A model generated the notes under the pieces. The model had not been told where the DNA came from. It worked only from the letters and a program-made list of their open reading frames with translations, and made no database searches. Position numbers and translations under genes: made by a program. From assembly GCA_944391235.1 (NCBI GenBank), contig CALXSV010000022.1:1-44763 (forward strand): a stretch of DNA of 44,763 bases. Direction: 5' to 3'. Positions 14,788 through 25,405 of the stretch are shown here, piece after piece (the first letter of the stretch is position 1; every line of letters begins with the position of its first letter). This stretch comes from an uncultured Clostridia bacterium (lineage in GTDB: Bacteria > Bacillota > Dehalobacteriia > UBA4068).

Positions 14788-17568
14788 ATGTCAAAAGAGA
14801 AAAAACCCCGTACCAAAAAGAGAGGGGCCAAACGCGTATTACTTACAATATTACTGGTTGTGCTGATTCTCTGCGTAGTTGCAGGCTTAGGAGCAACCGC
14901 CTATGTGCTATCTCTGGCACGCGAGTTGCCAGATATAACGGTAGAGGATTTAATTACTGCGCAGACAAGCTTTGTCTACGATGAAAACGGCCAGCAAATT
15001 GCCGTCCTGCATGGGGGAGAGGACCGCATTTCCGTTGATTTGGACGAGATGCCGCAGTATCTGATTGATGCTGTTATTGCTTCGGAAGATATACGTTTTT
15101 ACAAACACAATGGATTTGACCTGCGCGGTGCTTTCCGTGCTCTGGTCGTCGATATTGTTGATTCCATTAAAGCGGGTAGCGTTACCTTTACCCAAGGTGC
15201 CTCAACAATTACCATGCAGCTGGTTAAAAACGTAGTTGGTGATACGGAAAAAACCATACCACGTAAGATTAAAGAGATTCTGTTAGCCATTGAGTTTGAA
15301 AAGAAGTACGATAAAGATGAAATTCTCTACTATTATATGAATGAAATTTATCTGGGAGCCAATGTTTATGGCGTACAGTCTGGCTCCATGTACTACTTCA
15401 ACAAGGATGTCTCTGAGCTAACCATGGCTGAAGCTGCAACGCTAGTTGCGGTTCTGCGTGCGCCTGCCTATTATTCCCCTTATGACAATCCGGAGCTGGT
15501 TATTTCTGTGCGTAATGCCATCTTGGACAACATGATGGAGTATAAGCCGGATGTTTATACGCAGGATATGATCGCTGCTGCTCAGGCAGAGGAGCTGGTT
15601 GTGTCGCAAGGCGAATCAAGCACTGCTTCCTATGACAATCCCTGGTTTGTCGATTATGTGGTTTCTGAGGCTATTGATTTGGTGGAAGATATGGGCTATG
15701 ACTCCAGCTATGTTTATACAGGCGGGCTTTCCATTTACACCACCATGGATCCAGTTGTGCAGAATGCTATTGAGACAGTGTATGCCGATGCGGACAACTT
15801 TCCCAGTAGCAGCACTGGGGATATCATAGAAAGCGCCATGGCTATTGTCGAGCCGACCACCGGTCAAATCAAGGGTCTGGTAGGCGGCCGGGAATATTCA
15901 ACCCGTCGCGGTTTTAACCGTGCTACTGATTTGCTGCGGCAACCGGGCTCCACAATTAAGCCGCTGGTTGCTTATGGGCCGGCGATTGAGTTGGGCTATG
16001 GTGCAGGTACGGTGATTGATGATAGTCCTTTAGCTTCGGGCAACTTCCAGCCAAATAACGACGACTACACCTATATGGGACGCATCACCATGCGTACGGC
16101 TGTTATGCGCTCGCGCAATCTTTGTGCAGTAAAGGTTCTGGATGCTATTGGTGTAGAGACTGGCTATGAGTATGGTCTTAAACTGGGGCTGCCGCTTGTA
16201 TCCAGCGATGTTGGCCTCTCTTTGGCCTTAGGCGGACTAAGCTACGGCGCCAGCCCGCTGGATATGGCTTCGGCTTTTGCTACCTTTGCGAATGATGGCG
16301 TGTACATTGAGCCGTATTGTATTACCAAAATTACAGATTCCAAGGGTAATGTGCTATATACGGCAGAGACGCAGTATACCGAGGTTTTCTCGGCTGCTAC
16401 TTCCTATGTGATGACGGACATTCTGTGCAGTGCGGTCAATGGCGGTACGGGTACAAATGCTAAAATCAGTGGTTGGCAGACTGCTGGTAAAACCGGTACC
16501 AATGGCTTGCCTCAGGAAGATCCCGATTATGCAGGAAAATCTGGTACCAAAGATGCCTGGTTCTGCGGATATACTACTGCGCTTTCCGGCGCTGTATGGA
16601 TTGGCTATGACGATAAGTGGGATGATAATGGCAATTTGCAGTATCTTTCCAATATTTATGGTAGCTCTTATCCAGCACGGATTTTCAACAAGGTAATGAC
16701 CTTGGCACTACAGAATTATGAAAACAAGAACTTTAGCCGTCCAGATGGCGTTTATTCGGTTACCTTGGATACCAAAACCGGTAAGGCTCCTACGGAATTG
16801 ACTCCAGACGGTTATACGGCTACTGATATTTTTTCTACCAGTGAGTATATCGGCTTTATTGGCGATGAGGTGGAATGGGCAACAGTAAGCATTTGCCCGG
16901 ACACCAATAAACTGGCCGGTATGTTTTGCTTTAACTATGACAATAAGGTTATGTTGCGCTATACCAGTGGTACTTCTCCCTATGAAGGGGCAAGCGAGTC
17001 TGTTTTGAGTAAGGTGCAAAAGGTTGGTGATATTGCCTTATATGCACCAACAGAGTACTGTACGCCAGCTGGAAATACGGATGGAGAGAATCCGGGCAAT
17101 GGTACGAGTGTGTATATATGCACGGATCCACGTCATGATGGAGAAGCTGTTTTGGCAAATGTAGCTTCTAATGGCTATACGGGTGGCTGCGACCCGGATT
17201 ATGTAGTTCTCCGTTATTTTGACTATAAGGATTTGCCGGTTATGTACTGCTCCTTATCTGATCACCAGCTCTCTGTAGATGGCTCTAGCTCTGGTAGCGG
17301 AAAACCGCTAACGCCAACCAATTTGATGGCTTATGCTACGGAAAGCGGCATTATGGTTAGCTGGAGTACCAGTGAAACGGGCGTGAGCTTTGTGTTGGAG
17401 CGTTATGATGTAAGCAGCGGGGAATCTGATCGTAAGCTTCTCTCCGAATCCAGCTATTTGGATACGGATGTGGTGTATGGTCAAAGTTATAGCTATCGTG
17501 TTTATGCCTATAACCGCTCCACACAAAAGACCAGCGACTGGACTACTCAGGTGAGTGCGACGTATTAA
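14788..17568 (+). CDS. class A penicillin-binding protein (glycosyltransferase + transpeptidase) with a Cys-rich and FN3-like C-terminal extension
   Basis: GT51 motifs 'ASEDIRFYKHNGFD' and 'GASTITMQLVKN'. Transpeptidase motifs 'GSTIKP' (SxxK), 'SRN' and 'KTGT'. The tail has six Cys (residues 703-821) and 'YSYRVYAYN' (FN3-like). Confidence 0.92.
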   Translation: MSKEKKPRTKKRGAKRVLLTILLVVLILCVVAGLGATAYVLSLARELPDITVEDLITAQTSFVYDENGQQIAVLHGGEDRISVDLDEMPQYLIDAVIASEDIRFYKHNGFDLRGAFRALVVDIVDSIKAGSVTFTQGASTITMQLVKNVVGDTEKTIPRKIKEILLAIEFEKKYDKDEILYYYMNEIYLGANVYGVQSGSMYYFNKDVSELTMAEAATLVAVLRAPAYYSPYDNPELVISVRNAILDNMMEYKPDVYTQDMIAAAQAEELVVSQGESSTASYDNPWFVDYVVSEAIDLVEDMGYDSSYVYTGGLSIYTTMDPVVQNAIETVYADADNFPSSSTGDIIESAMAIVEPTTGQIKGLVGGREYSTRRGFNRATDLLRQPGSTIKPLVAYGPAIELGYGAGTVIDDSPLASGNFQPNNDDYTYMGRITMRTAVMRSRNLCAVKVLDAIGVETGYEYGLKLGLPLVSSDVGLSLALGGLSYGASPLDMASAFATFANDGVYIEPYCITKITDSKGNVLYTAETQYTEVFSAATSYVMTDILCSAVNGGTGTNAKISGWQTAGKTGTNGLPQEDPDYAGKSGTKDAWFCGYTTALSGAVWIGYDDKWDDNGNLQYLSNIYGSSYPARIFNKVMTLALQNYENKNFSRPDGVYSVTLDTKTGKAPTELTPDGYTATDIFSTSEYIGFIGDEVEWATVSICPDTNKLAGMFCFNYDNKVMLRYTSGTSPYEGASESVLSKVQKVGDIALYAPTEYCTPAGNTDGENPGNGTSVYICTDPRHDGEAVLANVASNGYTGGCDPDYVVLRYFDYKDLPVMYCSLSDHQLSVDGSSSGSGKPLTPTNLMAYATESGIMVSWSTSETGVSFVLERYDVSSGESDRKLLSESSYLDTDVVYGQSYSYRVYAYNRSTQKTSDWTTQVSATY

Positions 17569-17617
17569 TGGATTTAGGGATTAGAATTTTTAAATAAATT
17601 ATTTTGGAGGAATAACT

Positions 17618-18391
17618 ATGTCTGGACATTCCAAATGGGCTACCATCAAACGCAAAAAGGCTGCCAATGACGCAGCACGCGGCAACGTATTTACGAAAAT
17701 CTCCAAGGAGATACAGGTTGCAGTACGTCTTGGTGGACCTGACCCTGATGGGAACTTCCGGCTACGCCTTGCTATTCAGAAGGCACGTTCCGCTAACATG
17801 CCTGTTGATAATATCAATCGTTGCATACAGAAGGCTGCCGGGGCAGGGGAGAGCTCTGCTATCGAGGAGTTCTTTTATGAGGGCTATGGCCCTGGCGGTG
17901 TAGCTATACTGTGCGATATGCTGACCGATAACCACAACCGCTGCGCCAGCGAGGTTCGCTATATTTTTAGCCGTAATAATGGCAATTTGGGTGAAAGCGG
18001 TTGCGTAAGTTATATGTTTGATCGTAAGGGTACAATGACCGTACCTTTAGAGGGTGTAGATGAAGATGAGCTGATGATGGCCGCCTTAGATGCCGGTGCA
18101 GACGATATGACAGTTTCTACTACTGTCAATGATGATGACGAGGAAATCGCCATTGCCAATATTGTTTGTCCGCCTGGTGATTTGGAAGCGGTGCAGCAGG
18201 CTATCCTAGATGCTGGCTATACAGTGAGCAGTGCAGAAGTGGCGATGATTCCATCCAACACCATTGAGATTACCGATGTTGATACAGCGGCCAAGTTGAT
18301 GAAACTAATCGGTGCGCTGGAAGACAATGATGATGTGCGTGAGGTTTATGCTAATTATGATATTCCGGATGAAATCATGGAGCAGCTATAA
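17618..18391 (+). CDS. YebC/PmpR family DNA-binding transcriptional regulator
   Basis: 'MSGHSKWATIKRKKAANDAARG' is the canonical N-terminus. Confidence 0.95.
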   Translation: MSGHSKWATIKRKKAANDAARGNVFTKISKEIQVAVRLGGPDPDGNFRLRLAIQKARSANMPVDNINRCIQKAAGAGESSAIEEFFYEGYGPGGVAILCDMLTDNHNRCASEVRYIFSRNNGNLGESGCVSYMFDRKGTMTVPLEGVDEDELMMAALDAGADDMTVSTTVNDDDEEIAIANIVCPPGDLEAVQQAILDAGYTVSSAEVAMIPSNTIEITDVDTAAKLMKLIGALEDNDDVREVYANYDIPDEIMEQL

Positions 18392-18460
18392 GCCTTCCTG
18401 AAGATCTATGTCTTATGTTCTAGCTGGATGACAAAGGACGTGCACGCAGGTATGTATGTA

Positions 18461-18497
18461 AAAACCGGAAAAAGCTTGATGCTTTTTCCGGTTTTTC
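18461..18497. terminator. rho-independent terminator after the YebC gene
   Basis: AAAACCGGAAAAAGC / GCTTTTTCCGGTTTT stem followed by T-rich sequence. Confidence 0.75.
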
Positions 18498-18564
18498 TGC
18501 TCCCGTTTACCGTTTTTGGAGAGATTGCGTAATATTCTAGCTTATACTATCCCATGCGCACGTG

Positions 18565-19221
18565 TTAGTGCTTGGAAAGAAGGATCTTGGTGGTTTCCAG
18601 TAACCCCTTATGCTGAATGCTTCGCGGTTCAAATTTTAGCAGCATAAAAACAATTTGCATAGCAATGCCAACACCAAAGCTAGAAAGAATGGTGCCGATT
18701 CCTACTGGGGCACCCAACAGATAGCCTAGCAAAAGGGCGCTTATGCAAATCCCTATGTTTACTGCCCCGATTGGGATACGTGGTAGACGCTTGCCGATTG
18801 CTACTAAAAAAGCATCGCGGGGGCCGCAGGATAATCCAGCAGCCATATAGAAATACTGTCCAATGCCCATGATGAATAGGCCGATAACCATAATCCCAAT
18901 GCTGCTCAACAAGTTTACAGGTTGTGGTGTGATATCTATGACTGTAAAGGCGTCAACCGTAAGTCCGACAATAATTGCATCCAGAATGGTACCGTAGCCT
19001 ATTTTTTCTTTTAACAGCAGATCAATCACAATCAGCACAATTCCGATTGCCATGTGTGTAAGACCGTAGCTGAAAGGTATGTGCAGGGAGATGCCCATGC
19101 TGAGCGATTCCCAAGGCGCTAAGCCAATATTGGCTTTAATAGTCAGGAAAGAGCCAAAACCAAAAATTATCAGCCCGCCTGCAGTTTTCAGTAGATCGCG
19201 GAAAATTTTTTTTCTGTTCAT
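18565..19221 (-). CDS. YczE/YyaS/YitT-type integral membrane protein
   Basis: About six TM segments. 'IKANIGLAPWESLSMGIS' resembles the GxxPWD motif of this family. Confidence 0.65.
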   Translation of the reverse strand: MNRKKIFRDLLKTAGGLIIFGFGSFLTIKANIGLAPWESLSMGISLHIPFSYGLTHMAIGIVLIVIDLLLKEKIGYGTILDAIIVGLTVDAFTVIDITPQPVNLLSSIGIMVIGLFIMGIGQYFYMAAGLSCGPRDAFLVAIGKRLPRIPIGAVNIGICISALLLGYLLGAPVGIGTILSSFGVGIAMQIVFMLLKFEPRSIQHKGLLETTKILLSKH

Positions 19222-19424
19222 TTTGCAACGCTTCTTTCATAGGTGTTCGTTTGGTATAAATCCTTTTTACAGGCGTTGGGTTTGTCTTGCTGAAATAGAT
19301 AATAATATGTATAACCTATAACAAATTGCCTTTTTTAGCCAAGAAAACTTTTATCGTCAAATCTTTATTTATCGATGTCTGTTGCGGCAACAAAAAAAGA
19401 CTGCACGATTCAAAAGGTGGAAAT

Positions 19425-20243
19425 ATGAAAATTATAAATTTGATAGATAATGCACCCGGCCCTTTGGTTTGCGCTTATGAGCATGGACTTAGCTTTTATA
19501 TTGAAGCGGCAGGGCATAAGCTGTTGATGGATACCGGGGCTTCATCTCTGTTTTTAGAGAATGCCCGCCAGCTGGGCATTGATTTGAAGCAGGTAGATAG
19601 CGTTATCCTCAGCCATGGTCATTATGACCACGCAGGTGGCCTGCTGGATTTTGCACAGATAAACCCACAGGCAAAAATTTATTTAAAGGATTCGGCCGCC
19701 GCCGCTTATTATCATGTAGATGATAAGGATGTGAAATATATAGGTATAGATAGGAAAATCGTAACATTGCCGCAATGTGTATGGATTTCTGGAGATTTGA
19801 AAATTGATGATTGTCTGTTTGTCTTTTCCAATGTTTCTGAGAGAAAATATTGGCCAAAAAGCAATCTGCTGCTTAAACAAAAGATTGGAAATGTTTTTGT
19901 GCAGGATAACTTTGCGCATGAGCAATACCTGGTAATTCAGGAAAAGGATAAACATGTTTTATTGTCCGGCTGCGCGCACAATGGCATTTTGAATATTCTG
20001 CAGCGATATCAGGAGCTAAACCAGCGTTATCCGGATGTGGTAATCAGCGGCTTTCATATGATGCAGCCCTCAGAATACACACAAGCAGATATTGCTACGA
20101 TTGAGCATACCGCCTATTGCCTAAGGGAAAGTCAAGCTGTCTTTTATACTGGACACTGTACAGGCAAGAGAGCTTATGCGCTGATGAAAGCAATTATGGG
20201 AGAGCAGCTAAAGCAAATCCATAGCGGGATGATGGTGCTGTGA
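19425..20243 (+). CDS. MBL-fold metallo-hydrolase
   Basis: Start set at ATG 19425 (RBS AAAGGTGG). 'ILSHGHYDHAGG' is the HxHxDH motif. Confidence 0.8.
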   Translation: MKIINLIDNAPGPLVCAYEHGLSFYIEAAGHKLLMDTGASSLFLENARQLGIDLKQVDSVILSHGHYDHAGGLLDFAQINPQAKIYLKDSAAAAYYHVDDKDVKYIGIDRKIVTLPQCVWISGDLKIDDCLFVFSNVSERKYWPKSNLLLKQKIGNVFVQDNFAHEQYLVIQEKDKHVLLSGCAHNGILNILQRYQELNQRYPDVVISGFHMMQPSEYTQADIATIEHTAYCLRESQAVFYTGHCTGKRAYALMKAIMGEQLKQIHSGMMVL

Positions 20244-20286
20244 GCAGCAGATTGTTCGTATACAAGAGCATATTTATGTTATGGAA

Positions 20287-20310
20287 GGGAGGAGCCACTT
20301 GGCTCCTCCC
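20287..20310. terminator. bidirectional terminator between the MBL gene and lepA
   Basis: GGGAGGAGCC-ACTT-GGCTCCTCCC, a perfect 10-bp GC-rich stem. Confidence 0.6.
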
Positions 20311-20341
20311 TGTTGTTAAGCCTGTTGTTAAGGAAAGAATA

Positions 20342-22147
20342 TCAGTCATCCTTTACTTCCAACACCGCCATGAAAGCCTCCTGGGGAATCTCAACATTCC
20401 CCACCTGCTTCATACGCTTTTTGCCTTCCTTCTGCTTTTCCAGCAGCTTACGCTTGCGGGAAATGTCACCGCCATAACATTTGGCAATAACATCCTTGCG
20501 CATGGCTTTAACCGACTCGCGAGCAATAACCTTACTGCCAATGGCTGCTTGTATGGGAATTTCAAACAGCTGGCGTGGGATAAGCGAGCGCAACTTGACC
20601 ACTAGGGCGCGGCCGCGGCGGTATGCGCTATCCTTATGTACAATGCAAGACAGCGCATCTACGACCTGTTCGTTGACCAAAATATCCAGCTTGACCAAAT
20701 CCCCAGGCCGATAGCCATTGAGCTCATAATCCAAGGAGGCATAGCCGCGGGTGCGTGATTTCAGTTGGTCGAAGAAGTCGTAGATAATCTCCGCCAGTGG
20801 CAAGTCGTAGATTAACATCACACGAGTTGGCGTGATATATTCCATGTTAATGAAGGTGCCGCGACGCTCGCGGGCAATTTCCATAATGGCACCAATGAAT
20901 TCTGAGGGTGCCATTATCGTAGCCTTTACATAAGGCTCCTCAATCAATGCCAGCTCAGTAGCGCTGGGCAACAGCACTGGGTTATCTACATAGAGCACTT
21001 CACCGTTGGTTTTTGTGGCTCGGTAGTTTACGCTGGGCGCTGTTACCAGTAGGTTCAGGCCATATTCACGCTCCAGGCGCTCCCTAACGATTTCCATATG
21101 CAATAGGCCAAGAAAGCCGCAGCGGAAGCCAAAGCCTAAGGCAGCGGAGGTTTCTGCTTCGAAAATAAGGGCGGCATCGTTTAAATGCAATTTGTCTAAG
21201 GCATCCTTCAGTGCGTCATAGTCATTGTTTTCTACTGGATAAAGTCCGCAGTAAACCATGGGTTGCGCTGGCCGATAACCAGGCAGCGGATAGTCAACTG
21301 GATTTTGCGCGTCGGTAACCGTATCCCCAACCTGGGAATCTCGTACGTTTTTAATGGCAGCGGCAAAATAACCAACTTCACCTGGTTGTAGAGCTTCCAC
21401 TTGCTTCTCTTGTGGGGTAAATATCCCAACCTCTGTTACGTCGAGTATTTTACCGGTATTAAACATTTTCACCTTCATCCCTTTGGTGATTTGTCCATCA
21501 AATACTCGTACATAGGGAATAACGCCGCGGTAGCTATCAAATTTAGAATCAAAAATTAGCGCTGAAAGGGGAGCTTCTGCTTCGCCTTTCGGCGGCGGAA
21601 TCAGGCGGATAATGGCCTCCAATATCTCATGGGTGCCAACGCCGGTTTTAGCGCTGGCATAGATTGCCTCTGAGGTGTCCAGCCCAATCGTGTCCTCGAT
21701 TTCCTGCTTCACGCCGTCTGGGTCTGCGCTGGGCAGATCGATTTTATTGATAACCGGTATCAGCTCCAAATCATTTTCTATAGCCAGATATACGTTGGCC
21801 AGTGTTTGTGCCTCTATGCCTTGTGCAGCGTCTACTACCAGCAGTGCACCCTCGCAGGCTGCAAGTGAACGACTGACTTCATAACTGAAATCCACATGAC
21901 CTGGCGTATCAATGAGGTTCAATTGATATTCTTCACCATTGTCAGCTTTATACATTAAACGCACGGCCTGCAGCTTAATGGTAATGCCACGCTCCTGCTC
22001 TAAATCCATGCTGTCTAAGAGCTGTTTGGTCATATCGCGGCTAGCTACCGTGCCGGTATATTCCAGCAGTCGATCGGCCAACGTTGATTTACCATGGTCA
22101 ATGTGGGCAATAATACAAAAATTACGAATGTGCGAAAGGTCTGTCAT
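20342..22147 (-). CDS. lepA: translation elongation factor 4 (LepA)
   Basis: '[15 protein letters not shown]', 'DTPGHVDF', 'NKIDL' and the LepA-specific C-terminus '[26 protein letters not shown]'. Confidence 0.97.
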   Translation of the reverse strand: MTDLSHIRNFCIIAHIDHGKSTLADRLLEYTGTVASRDMTKQLLDSMDLEQERGITIKLQAVRLMYKADNGEEYQLNLIDTPGHVDFSYEVSRSLAACEGALLVVDAAQGIEAQTLANVYLAIENDLELIPVINKIDLPSADPDGVKQEIEDTIGLDTSEAIYASAKTGVGTHEILEAIIRLIPPPKGEAEAPLSALIFDSKFDSYRGVIPYVRVFDGQITKGMKVKMFNTGKILDVTEVGIFTPQEKQVEALQPGEVGYFAAAIKNVRDSQVGDTVTDAQNPVDYPLPGYRPAQPMVYCGLYPVENNDYDALKDALDKLHLNDAALIFEAETSAALGFGFRCGFLGLLHMEIVRERLEREYGLNLLVTAPSVNYRATKTNGEVLYVDNPVLLPSATELALIEEPYVKATIMAPSEFIGAIMEIARERRGTFINMEYITPTRVMLIYDLPLAEIIYDFFDQLKSRTRGYASLDYELNGYRPGDLVKLDILVNEQVVDALSCIVHKDSAYRRGRALVVKLRSLIPRQLFEIPIQAAIGSKVIARESVKAMRKDVIAKCYGGDISRKRKLLEKQKEGKKRMKQVGNVEIPQEAFMAVLEVKDD

Positions 22148-23778
22148 ATCTTATCCACTCCAGAATTGGCTTTTTCATTAGCGGAAGCCTTGCCTTTGCG
22201 TTTAAAGCGTTTGGCAAAGATGTCTGTTACCATAGTTAATTCTTCCATTCTCATCAACCTTGTGCAGATGAAATAGATTAGCACGCCGATTATAACAGCA
22301 ATTCCCACCTGTATCAGCTGTGCGATTTTGGTATCAATGCCAAAGATTGCAGCTGAACCAATGGCTGCCAGCTTTACGAATGTGGCCATAATGATACAAG
22401 CTAGTAAAATTTTGACGGTTGATTGTAAAATGCGGCGTACGCCAATACCACCTACCTTACGTTGCAGCAGTACAAACAGCAGCAGTGCCTGTGATAGGCC
22501 GGAAAGCGAATAGGCCAGGGCCAGACCGCGGTGTTCCAGTGGCCCGACCAGAAGCAGGGAAAAGACAATATTGATGGCAATGGCCACTACCGAGATTAAT
22601 ACCGGCGTAACCGTGTTTTGAATGGCATAGAATCCACGTAAAAGCACCTGTACTGCAGCATACCCAACTAGGCCAATGCTGTAATATAGTAGTGCTTGTC
22701 CGGCAATCGTCGTGTCAGCTGCTGTGAACTGTCCGGAAAACTCATACATCAAGCGAATAATTGGCTCACGAAGGATAATCATGCCAAACGTAGCCGGAAG
22801 AATGATAAATAAAATGGTCCGTAGGCCCATGGAAAGAGTTTCCTTCATTCCCTCTATTTTTTCTTCCGCTACTTGTGTTGTCATGGTAGGGAAGATGGCA
22901 ATGCCAATGGATACGGCAAAAACGCCAAGAGGCAATTGCATAAAGCGGTTTCCGGTTTTTAGGGCGGTATAAATACCCGGCGCCAGCCCAGTAGCTAACT
23001 TCTGCGTAACAATGACGTTGATTTGCGATACGGATAAGCCGATTAGCACGGGTATCATTAGTTTAACCAGCTTGCGTAAGCCGGGGTCTCTTGTATCAAG
23101 CGAGGGATGGTAGGTAAAACCAATCTTCTTTAGGCTGGGAATCTGTACAATTAAAGTTGCTATGGAGCCTATTACCACGCCGATGGAAAAACCAGTTACA
23201 CCATAGCCAGGCCAAATGGCTTCAATGGGTTTAATTAGCAGGACACCGCCTAAAATGATAAAAATATTATATAGCAACGTACCAAAAGCTGGCCAGAAAA
23301 AGTGTTGGTAGGATTGCAAAATTCCGGTTGCAATAGCCGATAAAGCCATAAAAAGAGCTTGCAATAGTGTAATACGCGTCAGCAAAATCGGTAAAGCCAT
23401 CTGCTCGGGCGTAAATTTTGTGATAGCCACGAGCAGCTGCTCGGTAAAAACAAAGGCAATCAGGCAGCCAATCAGCATCAGCAGCATCACCCAAGTGGTA
23501 AAGATACTGGAGGTACGCCAGGCACGGTCCTGCTCTCCTTTGGCAATAGCTGAAGAAAATACAGGTATAAAGGCAGAGGCAATCGCTCCCCCGATGACTA
23601 TATTATAAATGAAATCTGGTATTGTGAATGCCGCGTTAAAGGCGTCGGTTGTATAACTTTGACCGAAAATGTTCAGCAGCACTACATCGCGTGCGTATCC
23701 CAGCACCCGGGATAACACCTGTACCACCATGAGTAAAGTTGCGGCTTTCAGCATCATGCCGCGTTCCGGTTTGGCCAC
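22144..23778 (-). CDS. murJ: lipid II flippase MurJ (MviN family)
   Basis: 14-TM-type protein. '[33 protein letters not shown]' is the typical MurJ N-terminus. GTG start with SD GGAGG. The stop overlaps the lepA ATG (ATGA). Confidence 0.9.
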   Translation of the reverse strand: MAKPERGMMLKAATLLMVVQVLSRVLGYARDVVLLNIFGQSYTTDAFNAAFTIPDFIYNIVIGGAIASAFIPVFSSAIAKGEQDRAWRTSSIFTTWVMLLMLIGCLIAFVFTEQLLVAITKFTPEQMALPILLTRITLLQALFMALSAIATGILQSYQHFFWPAFGTLLYNIFIILGGVLLIKPIEAIWPGYGVTGFSIGVVIGSIATLIVQIPSLKKIGFTYHPSLDTRDPGLRKLVKLMIPVLIGLSVSQINVIVTQKLATGLAPGIYTALKTGNRFMQLPLGVFAVSIGIAIFPTMTTQVAEEKIEGMKETLSMGLRTILFIILPATFGMIILREPIIRLMYEFSGQFTAADTTIAGQALLYYSIGLVGYAAVQVLLRGFYAIQNTVTPVLISVVAIAINIVFSLLLVGPLEHRGLALAYSLSGLSQALLLFVLLQRKVGGIGVRRILQSTVKILLACIIMATFVKLAAIGSAAIFGIDTKIAQLIQVGIAVIIGVLIYFICTRLMRMEELTMVTDIFAKRFKRKGKASANEKANSGVDKI

Positions 23779-23816
23779 AGGGGTACCTCCTTAGATGTCT
23801 GATGTATAACTAATTT

Positions 23817-23845
23817 ATTATACCATAAGAAAACCCAAACGCCAA
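23817..23845 (-). promoter_or_regulatory. sigma-A type promoter of murJ-lepA
   Basis: Minus strand reads TTGGCG (23840-23845), 17-nt spacer, TGg-TATAAT (23817-23822). Confidence 0.45.
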
Positions 23846-23891
23846 TAAAAAAGAGTAAATAAATATCGGGATACCTGTGTTATCCCGATAT
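23846..23891 (-). terminator. rho-independent terminator of spoIIP
   Basis: ATATCGGGATA / TATCCCGATAT 11-bp stem starting right after the stop, followed on the minus strand by ...CTCTTTTTTATT. Confidence 0.7.
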
Positions 23892-24875
23892 TCAGTCCAT
23901 GCATTTAATTATGGCCTGCGCTAAAACAGCAATAGATCGCTTGGCCTCCTCCTCCGTGTTATCCGTACTGCCAACCTCCACAAGAATCGCCTTATTCCCA
24001 ACATGCTGGTTATAGCGCCCACTATATACTCTGGGATCGCGCATAATGCCTTCTACAAGCTCATTGCAGGTGGCGGTAAGCGTTTGCGCAAAAGCATAAT
24101 TTTGCTCCCAATTGGGATGCGGCAGGTTTTCGTCTGAGCCGACGATTAACAGCATCTTGGCATAGCTGGCTCCCTCGTGGTTCAGGGTGGTACTCACGCC
24201 AGCCAGTGCACTATCTCGATGTACATCAATATAAATCTCAATGTCTGGGTACTCTTCGGCTAAGGCGGTAACTGTCTCCAGTGAGCGCGCATAGGAATCA
24301 TTATAGCTGGGACTATCGTGCAAGGTATCGATAAATATGGTGCCTATGCCATTTTTTTCGAATTCCTGGGAAAGCGTGCGTGCCACCTCAATTACACCGC
24401 CGGCTTCACCCGTTATGCGGGTTTGCCCGGCATATTCCTCGCTGGCATGCGTACAGTAAATCACTACCTGAGGGGTAAGCTCCGCGTTAGCTGTTGTATT
24501 GCTGTCTTCGGAATCTGCGGCAGTGGCGGGAATGATAAGAATATTTTCCTCTGTACTTATCTGTGCGTCAGGTTGTGTGTCTTCGTTTATACTAGTATCT
24601 CCATTTGGTTGGCTGGATATACCATTATTCACGCCATCTGTAAGCGGTAATCCAGCACTAGCCAATATGGTGCTGGTGGCCTGCTTTTGTGTAGACGCAG
24701 TAGAGCTGCTCGGTAAGATAGATGCGATGATGGCATTGGCTTGGCAGATGACGGCTGTAGCCTTTGAGGGTATGACAAAGCCGCCCAGCCATAGTCCTAG
24801 CCCAAACATGGCGGGCAGCAATAACAGGGAAGGTAGATAACGGTGTTTGCCGAATGCGGATTTCAAATGTCTCAT
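23892..24875 (-). CDS. spoIIP: stage II sporulation protein P
   Basis: N-terminal TM. 'VVIYCTHASEEY', 'YIDVHRD' and 'ILVEVG' are typical of SpoIIP. Confidence 0.85.
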   Translation of the reverse strand: MRHLKSAFGKHRYLPSLLLLPAMFGLGLWLGGFVIPSKATAVICQANAIIASILPSSSTASTQKQATSTILASAGLPLTDGVNNGISSQPNGDTSINEDTQPDAQISTEENILIIPATAADSEDSNTTANAELTPQVVIYCTHASEEYAGQTRITGEAGGVIEVARTLSQEFEKNGIGTIFIDTLHDSPSYNDSYARSLETVTALAEEYPDIEIYIDVHRDSALAGVSTTLNHEGASYAKMLLIVGSDENLPHPNWEQNYAFAQTLTATCNELVEGIMRDPRVYSGRYNQHVGNKAILVEVGSTDNTEEEAKRSIAVLAQAIIKCMD

Positions 24876-24944
24876 AGTGACCTCCGTATCTATATGTATA
24901 TGCGGAGATCTTGTAAATCATGTTGAAGAATAAAGAAGAATATT

Positions 24945-24985
24945 GGTAAAAGAAAAGACATAGGATACTCAAGTATCCTATGTCT
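24945..24985 (-). terminator. rho-independent terminator of rpsT
   Basis: AGACATAGGATAC-TTGA-GTATCCTATGTCT, a perfect 13-bp stem, then TTTCTTTT on the minus strand. Confidence 0.8.
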
Positions 24986-25018
24986 AAAAAACGTAAATAT
25001 GACTTTATCTTTGCGCCC

Positions 25019-25279
25019 TTACATAGCATTATAAGCACGATAGAGGTTGGATTTACGTCTAGCAGCAGCGTTTTTATGGATAACGCCCTTCGCAGCAGTT
25101 TTGTCGAGAACGCTTACTGCGGCCAGCAGCTCACGACCTGCAGCTTCCTTGTCGCCCTCTGCAACAGCGGCGTCAAATTTTTTCAGTTGCGTTTTCATGC
25201 GGGATTTGACGGCCATATTGCGGTTCCGTCTGATCTCAGCGACCAAAACGCGTTTCTTTGCGGACTTAATATTAGGCAT
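25019..25279 (-). CDS. rpsT: 30S ribosomal protein S20
   Basis: 'MPNIKSAKKRVLV' N-terminus. Start set at ATG 25279 (SD GGAGGTG). Confidence 0.95.
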   Translation of the reverse strand: MPNIKSAKKRVLVAEIRRNRNMAVKSRMKTQLKKFDAAVAEGDKEAAGRELLAAVSVLDKTAAKGVIHKNAAARRKSNLYRAYNAM

Positions 25280-25405
25280 TGTTTCACCTCCTCTGCCTAG
25301 AATGAATCTATTCATGAAATGGTGTTAACATGGTAAAAATACACAAACGCACCAATTATTATATCAGGCAATTACCAAAAAAGCAAGTTTTTTGTTCAAC
25401 TACCT

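Noticed and set aside
20309-20332. Tandem 12-mer CCTGTTGTTAAG x2 next to the lepA/MBL terminator
   Set aside because: It has two copies only and is intergenic, overlapping the terminator stem end. No function is evident.
24876-24956. Sigma-E-like promoter for spoIIP (AATATT ... CATGATTT or CATATACAT)
   Set aside because: Two alternative weak matches exist with uncertain spacing. I cannot discriminate between them by eye.
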